Assembly: GCA_964187785.1 (NCBI GenBank)
Contig: OZ076409.1
Coordinates: forward strand, 80,788,001 to 80,852,000
Source of the DNA: Amphiscolops sp. MND2022
Taxonomy: Eukaryota
Length of the DNA stretch: 64,000 nucleotides
Direction: 5' to 3'
This document shows, piece after piece, positions 10,775-22,700 of this stretch. Under the pieces are notes generated by a model. It was not told where the DNA came from. It did no database searches and saw nothing but the letters and a program-made list of their open reading frames with translations. A program made the position numbers and the translations under genes. Numbering within the stretch: position 1 is the first letter of the stretch; each line of letters starts with the position of its first letter.

Positions 10775-13700
10775 ATGGGCGACTTTAACCACGTGGGCAA
10801 TGGCGACGCACTGGTAACTTCCCCCGGAGTCTCAAACGGGGGCTCAGTTGAGGCAGCAGGAGGAGACAATTCCACTTCAGACCGAATTGCCGCCCTGGAA
10901 TTGGTTGTGAGTCAACAAGCCGATGATCTGCTCTGTCTGAAGACAGCTCTAGCTGACGTATGTATCATTATATTCATCATTCGAAAGACCCAATGACAAC
11001 TTGGAGAGTCTCCTGCTCCGAATTGAACTATAAATATTTGCTTTTTGGTGTCCTGTAATAGTGTGTGATTTATTTATTCAAGATGTCTCAATTCAAGTTC
11101 GAGCTCTATCTGGTTTGTTAAGGTTGTGAGGAGGTTACAAGATGTGGAGTCTCGCCCGTCAAGCACTTCTACGCGGGGATCAACTGCTTCGTCTTCTCAT
11201 AAACCAGGTTCAATAACTTCCGATTACAAGTTTGCAAGTCAATGCATTTCTTCTCTAACCCTGCCTTGCTCTAACTGCTTCAAGTTTAATCTTTTGCTTC
11301 GATTTGTATACATTGCTGCGAAGCTGTAAATCACCGGAGTTTACTTTTGGTCCCTGGTCTATAATCTATTAAGTACATTATCGTCTCCGATGTCTTCTGT
11401 AGCAAGTTTATTTTCCATTTCGATGCATTTTGCGATGCATGACTAGTGATTAGAACAGTCCCGAAATCTGCTGCTCTGTGGCATTCACAGTTTACATGAT
11501 TCCTCTTGATTCACTAGCTAAAGAAACGTGGAGTGACTGTACTAAGTTCATCTCCAGTATGCCCTTGTCGTCATCTACTCGCTCGATGAACAGAATCGGG
11601 CTGTCCTCTTCTGATAGTAGATCTCAGCCTGTGTATCGAGGTCGAACTCCCTTCAAAGGTACTGCCCAGTTCGGGATATCTGTCCTTCGGTGTAGGGACT
11701 CCTTGATATTTGGTGTACATTTGGTGTAGATGGCTTACTGTTCTGGGGTTTTATCCCTTGGGCGAACTTTCTATTTCACCAACCACATACTACTGGCGCT
11801 TTTGATCTGTCTCAGCGAACGAATACTTGATTTCATTTGCCCAATGAATTAAATCTAAAATGAAAAGTCAGTTTGTTCGATTTTCTTTTGATGGGTTCTG
11901 ATGTTAGAGCTCGGCTGTTCTTGTCATTGGTGCTTTTCATGTTTCAACCTTGAGGTTTAAATGACATTTGGTTTTCAGTCATGACTCTATACCACTTATT
12001 GTTAATATATGTGAGTTTTTTCTAGATAAATGGCGGAAAGTAAGATTTTAAAACAAGGTTTATTGTTTTAGCCACATCTAGATCAGCAGCAGCGCTTCCA
12101 AGTAAACCCGCGGCCCCTGCTCCGGCCCCGTCACAGACCCCTAGACCTCCGTCGAGCCGAACCTCCACCAAAAAGCCGGCCATGAGTTCAACTGAGAACC
12201 TCAATGCTTCTCACGTGGCGCCCACTGCTGGCGGATCCTCCGGTCGGACTTCCAAGAAAATCGGAAGCAAGGAACTTTCCATTGAGAAAAGTATGTATGC
12301 TCAATATTTATATGGAGTTTTTTGACACTCAGTTTTTCTGAGCGCATAGAGACTATTTCGAAGAAAAATGTGTCATGAAAAAGTTTGTATGAAAAAAACG
12401 TCTGATTTTAGTGATATGGTTTCGTGTATACATTTAGACAATTTGAAGTGTGATGAAATCATGCTTTTCTATGTTTCTCGCTTTTTCTTTGTTGTCAGAT
12501 CGAAATTTCTGTCATCGATTGAGAATGAGATCACTGTCGAGGTTGTAATTTTTAGTCGGCGCTTCATGAAGTGAAACGCGGTTATTATAGTGACTTTTTT
12601 CTATCCACACGAACTGACCAAAATAGTTCTACAAAAGTTCTACAAAATATTATTGCACTATTTGGTCTAGCGAACTGAACCAAAAAGGTTTTTCCTGTTT
12701 TTAGTCGGCGCTTTTATAAATAAAAGAGCCCGACTATTACAGTCACTCGTTTTTAGTCGGCGCGTTTTCCTTTTAAGGAAAAATGCCCGACTATAGCAGT
12801 GACGTTTTTTTTTCTTTTTTTCTTCAGACTACAATCCTCACACTGATCGGTCCACTTTTTACAATTCTCAATTCTGCGCAGAGCACCTGAGGCCAAGTCC
12901 GCCCAAGGCAAACGTTACTCCAAAGGGTCCCCCTTTCATTTTTCACTTTTTCAAGGAAACATACAAAACCGGACGTGCCCAAAGGGTCCCCCCTTTGGAT
13001 TTTTTTCGGAACTGTGCGACTTTTTTCCGAAATTTTTTTTTTCGAAATTTTTTTTTCGAAAACAAAACGGAATGTTTGTTAATAAATCCAGAAGGGTCCC
13101 CCCTTTTACATTTTTCGGCACTATGCGACTTCTTTTGAAAGAAAATTTTTTTTCAAAAATTTCAATTTTTTTCCAAAAAAAGTGTTTTACGCTTTTTGAG
13201 CCTTAGATATGGCGCCGACTTTAGACGTTCTCGTCTTGTTAGTCGGCGTTTTTCTTAAGAAAAAAGCCCGACTATTACAGTCACTCGTTTTTTTTTATTT
13301 AAGACAGACTCGAAGCGACGAACGTTAAAATTAACGTTCAACCACTAAATAAGTACTAAACTACTGGACCGCTAAAGGCAAACGGGGAGCGCATTCATTT
13401 ACTTTTTAAACGTTACATACAAGCCCGGACGGGACTAAAGTTTCGTACCCCCCCCTTCGATTTTTTTTCGGCGCTGTGAGATTTTTTTTCGAATTTTTTT
13501 AATGTCCCCAAAGGGTCCCCCCTTTGAGTTTTTTGTTATTTTGCTACAGAATGCGTGTTTATGAATCAAAAAGGGTCCCCCCTTTTACATTTTTCGGCAC
13601 TGTGCGACATTTTCCGAAAGAATTTTTTTTTCGAAAATTATAAGTTTTTTCCAAAAAAAATGTTTTGCGCTTTTTGAGCCTTAGATATAGCGCCGACTTG

Positions 13701-16700
13701 AGGCGTTCTCGTCTTGTTTTTTATTTAAGACAGACTCGAAGCGACGAACGTTAACGTTCAACCAAAGGAAACTAAATACCAGGGTAAAACGCATGTAAAT
13801 TATTCCAAAGGATCCCCCTTTTGGTTTTTTATTAAACGTTACCTACAAGCCCGGACGGGACTAAAAGGTCCCTCTTTTCTATTTTTTTCGGCACTGTGCG
13901 ACTTTTTTTTGGACATTTTTTAAATGTCCCCAATGTGTCCCCCTTTGAGTTTTTTGTTATTTTGCCACAGAATGCGTGTTTATAAATCAAAAAAGGTCCC
14001 CCTTTTACATTTTCCGGCACTGTGCGACATTTTCCGAAAGAAATTTTTTTTCGAAAATTTCAAGTATTTTTCCAAAAAAATGTTTTGCGCTTTTTGAGCC
14101 TTAGATATAGCGCCGACTTGAGACGTTCCCGTCTTGTTCCGCGTAACATACCATACCGGGCGAGACCAAAGGCTCCCCCTTTCATTTTTTTTCGGCACTG
14201 CGAGACTTTTTTTTCGAATTTTTTTTCCCCAAAGGGTCCCCCCTGCATATTTTTTGATGTTTTGCGACAGAATGTATGTTGAAAACCTCAAAGGGCCCCC
14301 CCTTTCAATTTTTCGGCATTGTGAGACTTTAGCGCGCCGGGGGCTCGCGCTAGCGGGCCCCGGCGCGCCACTCGGTCCATTTTTTTGAGTATGTAATTTT
14401 TTCGAAATTTTTTTTTCAAAAAAATTTCTTATTTCGAGTACTGTAAAAGAGAATACTTGACACTTGGAAGTCTTTTTGCTATTTTTGAGCCTTGGATATG
14501 GCGCCGACTTGGGCCGGTCCCAGCTTGTTCAATTGTACCTTGATTTTTATGCAAAAAATACAACCCAAAAAATCCGTCTTCACAAACTATTTATTAGCCA
14601 ATTTGACAGGATATTTAATTACACTTGCGATAGATAAGCAAGTGTTATGGGAAAGGGCGGGTGCTTTTTTCCGCGTGACAACTCTCGTTTCAGCCCGCAA
14701 GTCGCACAGTTCAGGCGTTCGTGGTCTAGTGTTAAGATGCTTGCTTTTCAACCCAGAGGGTTCGTGTTCGAACCCGTGAGTATGCGCTAATTTTTTCACA
14801 AGTATTCCGAAGCAGAAGGTTCTCACTTTTTCGGCACTGAGACTCCTCCCTTTTTCGGCTTTGTGAGACCTTTTTTTCGAAAATTTTTTAATGTCCTCAA
14901 ATGGTCCTCCCTTCAATTTGTTCTGATATTTTGCAACAGAATGAATGTTAAAAAATCCCCAAGGGTCCCTTCTAGATTTTTCGGCACTATGAGACTGTTG
15001 AAAATTCTCTCATTTTTGTTTTCTTTTTTGGAAAATATTTCAAAGACTCCAATGGGTTCCCCTTCAATTTTTTTGAAATTTTGCAGGATGGTTGTTAAAA
15101 AATCTCGAAGGGCCCACTTTTACAGTTTTCAGCATTGTGAGAAATTTCAAAATGAATAATTTTTGTCTTAAAATTAGGTTTTCTGAGGCCCAGCACGCTA
15201 TATCCGAATTGTTTTTTTAAAGACCGGCGTTTTCTCTATTTTTCTTTTTTCTAATTTGTTTCATCGAAGCCCACCTCAATTTATGCTTAAATTGAAACGT
15301 TTTGCGAGCATAAAGGACTGCTCAAGGTTTTCGGCACTATGCGACTTACCGGAGACCTTCTTCAAAAGATTTTTCGAAAAATTTCGAAATTTTTTCCCTT
15401 ATTTTTCTGTTGTTTTTTAAAATGTTTCCGGTTGAGAAAGATGGGTTTTTGGCTGTTTCCAGTTGGGGAAGAATGGTTTTCAAGATTTATGCGTATCCCT
15501 TCGGGTATTTTTTGGCGCTGTAAAATTGATGAAATTTTCATGTCATTTTACACTTGGTTCTCCGTATGATTTTGCTTATTTGGTTTTCTTCAAAAGTTCT
15601 TGCGCAAGTGTTTGCAAAGCAGGGCTTCGGCTCTGTGTAGAATATTGCAATGCATCAGGGGTAGGCTTTGAATCCAGCTTAAAATGTTTTAACCATATCA
15701 ATCCAGTTAGATGATTATTATTATTTCTGCGGTAGCAGGAAAAATATAGAAATCTGAACTATTTTTCAGTCGTCAACTTTTGTTAGCGATTCGAGTACCT
15801 ACTGAACAATTCAGACATTTTACTCGGCAGTGAGTTTGAGCGTGAGATTCACATTTCTCAAGCTGCCGACAACAATTTCTCGTGGGATGAAACGAGCGAG
15901 TAGTAATTATGCATTCGTAAGCCGAGTTATTGAGAAAAAACGAACGAGTGTTAATTATTCGTTCGCCGAGAGCTTCGCCTGCATTCAAATTCGAATACGA
16001 AACTTTGTCTACGCTTACTAGTTATATTTTCTTTAGTCCGAGAAGAATCAAAGGCGGTGTAAACTGGTATACTGAATAATTGCGCGCTATACAATGATTA
16101 AAGAGCAGGGCTGTTAAGTTGTTAGTTGAAAATATTAACAGTCAAAAACAGTTAAAATTGGAAAAAACATGTAAATTATGTTTAAAATGTTTAAAATAAC
16201 ATCAACAAGCCGGGACCGGCCCAAGTCGGCGCCATATCCAAGGCTCAAAAATAGCAAAAAGACTTCCAAGTGTCAAGTATTCGTTTACAGTAGTCGAAAA
16301 TCAAAAATTTTTCGAATTTTTTTTTGAAAAAATTACATACTAAAAAAATGGACCGACTGGCGCGCTAACGTCTCACAATGCCGAAAAACTGAAAGGGGGA
16401 CCCTTTGAGGTTTTTCAACATCCATTCTGTCGCAAAACATGAAAAAATTGAAAATTTTTTTTTTATTTTCGGGAGAAAATCTCACAATGCCGAAAAAAAC
16501 TGAAAGGAGGAACCCTTTGGGATTTTCCAACATCCATTCTGTCGCAAAACATCAAAAAAAAATGCAGGGGGGACCCTTTGAGGAAAAAAAATTTCGAAAA
16601 AAAATCCGAAAAAAAATGTCTCGCAGTGCCGAAAAAAATTGAAAGGGGGGACTCTTTGGTCTCGCCCAGTATGATATGTTACGCGGAAAAACAGGTAAAA

Positions 16701-19700
16701 CCATTTTGGTCCAGTTCGCTAGGCCAAATGGTGCTATTTGACACCATAATATTTTGTAGAACTTTTAAGAACTATTTTGGTCAGTTCGTGTGGATAGAAA
16801 AAAAAGAGTCACTATAATAGTCGCGTTTCACTTCATGAAGCGCCGACTAAAAACAAATGTTTTCACAAAGCAATTCCATCACTTTTTGTTCATTTGGCGG
16901 TACATAAACGCCAGTTTACCGGCCTTCTCAACAAAAAAGAATCTTTGACATAAAGCGAGCGTCCGCCACCGCATTAATGACGCGAACGAGTGTTAATCAT
17001 TCATACGATATCTTCGGTGGCATCAAAATGAATCAGTATATTCACTTTTTCCACGACCCATGTCATGGGAAACACTTCAGTTTTTGACTAGAACCCATGA
17101 AATTTTTAACATTTTGATAACATTGTTTAAAAAACTGGTGTTAAAAACAGTTTTAAAAAGGCTTGCTAATTAACATTGTTATTTAACATAACAGCCCTGT
17201 TAAAGAGTAATGTTTCTTCCAGATATGCTTCTATTAATGAACATGAAAGCCTTAAAAGCAGAAATAATACTGTGCCCCGCAGGGGCCTATTTTAATCAAA
17301 ATTAAACTGAATGATAGTCAGAATGCAAAAAATCAATCATTTCTTCGAGTTTAACCAGAAAACAAAATTTTAAAACTTCATCTCCCATTCGGTTCTGAAT
17401 GAAGCTAACCGATGTGCCGAGAACGCGCTCCAAATGTCCAGCGCTGAATCGTAGATCATTACATTTGTCCACTTTTCATTCTGGTTTAAGTTAATAACCA
17501 TGATAGGTATACTTTATTTTTAAGCTGATTATAATGAATGATTTTAATGAGCCGACTTTGGGTGAGTTTTCGTGATCCTTGATAAACCGATACTACGACT
17601 TTTTAGCACCTCAAATAACGAAGTTTTACCAGTCTGATTCGAATGCTAAAGGTGGTAAATCAGGTACATCTGATTTTTGTTTCTTCAACATTTTTGTTTC
17701 CCTGTTTCATTAACAAACAGTTTCGCCATCTGCCTAATAATCAACACACGAAAGAGAAACACTCATCACGAAAATTTCACGAACCTGTTTTGTAATTTAA
17801 TTAACATGCTCTTGGATTTCAATAACAGTATTTCATTTTGACCTCACTCGATTTGGCAAAAAAGTGCTAAGATCAATGTTCTCCATTGCCTGAAAACATG
17901 CCCGACAAGTAGCAAGTTTTTCATTGTTCATTTTCCTGTGAGCGTTTTAGAAAGTGATGTATTGAAAAATTATTGCACAATGAAGTGTACAGAATTTGAT
18001 GTTTTTGTTACGCTTCGAAGTTTTCAGATATTGCATCAAAAAGTTCGGAAAATGCAAAAACTCTAAATAAAAAATGGCTCCTGTAACAACTATTCGATAC
18101 TAGTACTAAAGATACCGTTGAAATTTAGGAGTTTTTTTCTAGAGATTTTTTCGACATATTCTCGGTATGGTATAATTTTCAAGCGAAATAAACCATCCTG
18201 GGCTTTTTGGTGAATTACTTGATATCGATATAATTTGGTATGGATTACCAGTTTTTATTTTTTAGTTCAAATACGCTATCGCGTTTTGGAAGGTTTGTCC
18301 ATGAAAGTTGAATTTTAAAGTTCAACGATCAAGTTTCCACGATTGATCACGGTTTTACCATAGCAAGATTATGTTCTATTTTTCCACTGGAGAGTCACAA
18401 TTTTATGGAGCTTCGGGTCGAATCTTTTCCTACGGTTATGGATGTTTTCTCCCTTCCAGCTGCTTATATAATAAAGTAAATTATTCTATTTGCTTCAATT
18501 AATTGGTGTCAGCTTTTGTCTGAATTTCTTCCAAATTTTGGGGTTGCCTCGTTTTGTGTAATTCTGAGATTTACCAACTTAGTGTTTTAGCCGAAGGTCT
18601 TGCTAAAATGTATCTGAAGGGTCGTGCCGTAACGATGTATGCACCGACCGAACAAAAATTGGGTCGACCAAATTGTGTCGGGAAAGAACCCTCGGAGAAC
18701 TTGACCTTGAAATGGGTGATGGGATACAGGGGAAAAGATTGTCGCAACAACATAGTTATCACGAGTTCCGGGGAGTTGTGCTATTTCACAGCTGCTGTAG
18801 CCATTCTCTACAATCCTGATACTCAAGAGCAGCGGTTCTACCAAGAACACACAGATGACATAAAAAGGTTGCTTGTTGTTTAATTGTTATTTTTTTGCTT
18901 TGCTTTACATTATTTTTCATTGTTACTTCGAACAAAAGGAGCGAGAGTAAGTTTCAACAGACTCCTCTAAATTTACCTCATTCAGTTTTTATCTATAAGG
19001 CATTTTTCCACATGGGTTTTCGGTGACATCAAAATTGGTTTCAAAACGAAATTTGAAAAACGCGTTTCAATAAACGTTTGGTGACGTCCACTGAAAATTT
19101 TCCATTAGTGTAAAGCCAAGTCATTAAAAGTGAAAAAATCAAGATGTAATTGAAACGAATTACCGCTAATTATCTCAACCTTGCAGGAAGTCTTGTTACC
19201 TTCGGAAAGAACCTATAATAACAGCTAGGCTTCCTTTGCGACTCAACGCCTTCTGTATAAGGTCGCAGTTACTTGTTGATACATCTGTATTCATTCAACT
19301 GTAGTTCCAATATGTTCAGTCCTTCTACTTTTCAACAGTGAGAGAAAAACAGTCACAATATTTATTGCCCAACCCTTATAAATGGGGGAGTGGATTTTGG
19401 TTATTGGTCTTTTTATTGCAGAAAATCTTGAAATGGGCGGGAGTATTTATATTTTTGAGTTGAAAAAAATAGCAAATGCCGCATGAGGCTGTTTGAAAAT
19501 CCGAGAAAATTGCCACTCTTGAGCGAAATATAGTTAACTTGGGTTGTTTCTCACTTCTTCGCACGTTATCTTCAAATTTCATGTCACTTTTTTATTATCT
19601 GAATCTCAAGTTCATCGTTTTCAGAATTTTCCCCAAATATTCCACCTTTTTATACAAGATTGTTTTATATTGCCTATTCCGCTATTCAACTTTCCTTCAT

Positions 19701-22700
19701 AGCTCTATCTGAAATATCAGGAGTTAAGAGGAGTTAAGTTGTTTTCAAAAGATACCAAGTGAATCGAAAGGCAGTGAGACTTAAGCTAAATGTGAAAAAC
19801 GTTTGCTAGACTATACTACTATTTTTAGACTGTTTTAAGTCTTTGTTTAATGCTAGTGTAATTACTAGCCATTTAAATGGCGGTCAGACAGAGCAGTCGA
19901 TTTTGAAACGAGACATTTAAGCGAGACATTAATAACGTTTTTTTAAGCAGAGATGTGCTTTTAAACCAATTCAGTTTCTATACGTCGTTGCATTTCACCA
20001 GTTGTTCGGGCGCCATTTTCTTTCGGGCGAATGATTAATTCTATAGCCATGTTTGTAGAGTAACACGTTCATGTATTTTTGTGAGCTGAAGTGCTAGTGC
20101 TTGTTTTTCAGTGTGGCTTTGCACCCGGACCAAGTGACTGTGGCCACGGGGCAGGTTGCGGGACACGCAGAAGTGGAGGGAAAGGTTAACAATATCTGCT
20201 TCTTACTCCTGCTCTGCTTTCTTTGCTGTGCCTTCTTTGTATTTCTCTATTAACAGCTCCTTTTCTCTCACTGTGAATGTCCTTTTTGTGTTGAACCTAA
20301 TTCTTGTGTTCCACCAAGTAATTTTTCTGGGTCCAATCTTTTATCAAAGCCTTGAGAGTAGCGTATCTCAAGAGGGTTCCATTTTAATGCAATTCTGGTT
20401 CAAACTGGAAATTTAATTCCATGTATTCCTCATGACTGATGTGACAGCCGAGAAAGTGTCAATTCATGCAATTATTGTCACTAACTGGGACTAGTTATAG
20501 TAGCTTGCAAGTTTTCATTCTCGTGAATGATGAAACGAATGGTCAGCTTCAACGTTTAACACCAAACCCCGCGCAATTTGAAGTGAATGTTTTCTTTCAC
20601 AGCCAAAGATCGTGGACCGTAGTTACAGTGCCAAGGTATTGGAACATTTTTAAATCATGTCCTGAGATTCTGAAACGACTGGTTTGGTTCATTTAACACA
20701 TAACAATTGCGAGTGTTTGTGAAACTCGTGTTACCAGATTGAAGCGTATCGAGTTATTTCTTTGGAAACAACTATAGTTGTTGAAGTCCCTAGATTTAAG
20801 CTTATGCTTCCAATTTGTTTTAGCCTCATGTTCGAATCTGGAACTCTGCCACACTTGAGACATTGTGTGTGTTAGGAGAAGGTTCATTCAGTCGTGCAGT
20901 TGGATGTCTTTCTTTCGCCAAAGAGGTTTTTCTGCTTGCTTTTCACTCGTCTCCATTCCTCTAAACCAAAATTGCGACCAAACAAACATTCTGAAACTAC
21001 TCCAAACTGTTGATGCATTGAGCAAAGACTTGGCATTACAAAGCTCTTCTAAGTATGAGTAAAATATGACGGCAACTTTCAACTGCAGATGTTAGTTTTC
21101 CCCTTGACTGAATAAAAAACTGTTTTGCTAAAAAGTCATATGTGGCCATCTTCAAGAGTTATCAAATTTGAGAAATGCGTAACTGCATAGGATGTTCGTT
21201 GTGACAAATTCTGACAATTTTCAAATGTATGTTTTCAGAATGGCGGCGAGCTATTATGTGCAGTTGATGAATCCAACGAGCATGTTGTGTCAGTTTGGAA
21301 CTGGAAAACTCAGAAGCAGATAACTGAGCAAAAGGGGTCGGCTGACCCTGTGGGTGTGATTGAATGGCATCCTAAGAGAATGGACTCTATTGTCATGTGC
21401 GGAAAGAGTTCTGTCATCTTCTGGACCTTTGCAGAAGACAAGCTCACCAAAAAATCCGGTATTTTTGAGGTTCGTCGAAGTCGTATTTTTGGTAAAATGA
21501 ATCAAAGCAACGGTAATCTTGACTTGATCAAATTTGTGTCTAGAAATATGAGAAACCCAAGTTTGTCACTTGCACTGGGTTCATGGAAGATGGAAGTGTG
21601 CTCACTGGCGACACCAATGGAAATATCTTCATTTGGAATCCTGGTTAGTATTATTGCATCATCCGGTTTTCACCCTTCAAATATCAATCCTAAGATATTC
21701 AAATTTTGGCGGTTCTCTGAAAGTAAAGGAATTAATATTGCTTTTGGTGCCGTCTGTTTTGTTTTCTTCATCACAAATGGAAGCTTCACCAAATTGGGTA
21801 TTTTTGATGAATAAAAAATAACAGGAATTTTTGTGTTATTGATCGGTAGACATTGTTCAGTTTTAAGTTGAAAATGTAGGTCGTAGTGCAAAAACTGAAA
21901 CATTCAGTTGACCATGTTCTAGACATTGTTCAAAATAGAGTGGACTTTATGACATGTTATCTGTGTAAATTTGGATCTTGCAAATCAAAAATAGACAATG
22001 ATTGAGTTTCAATAGTTTAAAAATTGAAAAGATCAACCTGTTTGCATTTCCAGACGAGCACAAAATCAAAAATGCCATTTTGGGTGCTCATGACGGTCCC
22101 CTGTTTGCTTTGCTGACTCTACCAAACAATCATGTGCTAAGCGGAGGACAAAAAGATCTGCTAGTGTCTCTCTACGATCTCGGTGCTCTTGCTAAAGTTA
22201 GAGACGTCACCATGCTACCCGAAAACGTCGGCGGGGTCCGTCAAATCGCCATGATCCCAGACTCAGACAAGGTCTACGTCGGAACCACCAGAAACTGCAT
22301 TTTCCAGGGACCCCTACAATCGGAAGAACCCAAACAGTTCACTTCTATTATGACTGTTAGTTTCTTTTCCATTGACTGCTAGTTTTGCATGAAAATTTTA
22401 CTGTTTTGACGTTACCCGTACTTTGAAATCTGGTGAAGGTGTACGAAAAGTTCTATGAAATATAATGCTCGAGCCAAATCAGCTCGTCGCTTAAAAATTA
22501 TCCCTAATTGACATGGGCGTTTTTGCCATTATTCGAAAATTTTCTCGAACTAGCGGCCTTGTAGTAACAACAGCATATTATTTGGTTTTCATTACGAGAC
22601 ACATCCCGGTAATGAACTAACAGGATCGTTGTTGCGAGGAACTAGCAAGTTGTTGCGCAAAATCTTGTGGAATGGTATGGTGTTGTCTTTCTTTATTGGT

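Noticed and set aside
13832..16817. Many short K/F-rich ORFs
   Set aside because: Translations of the non-coding HINE-like repeats.
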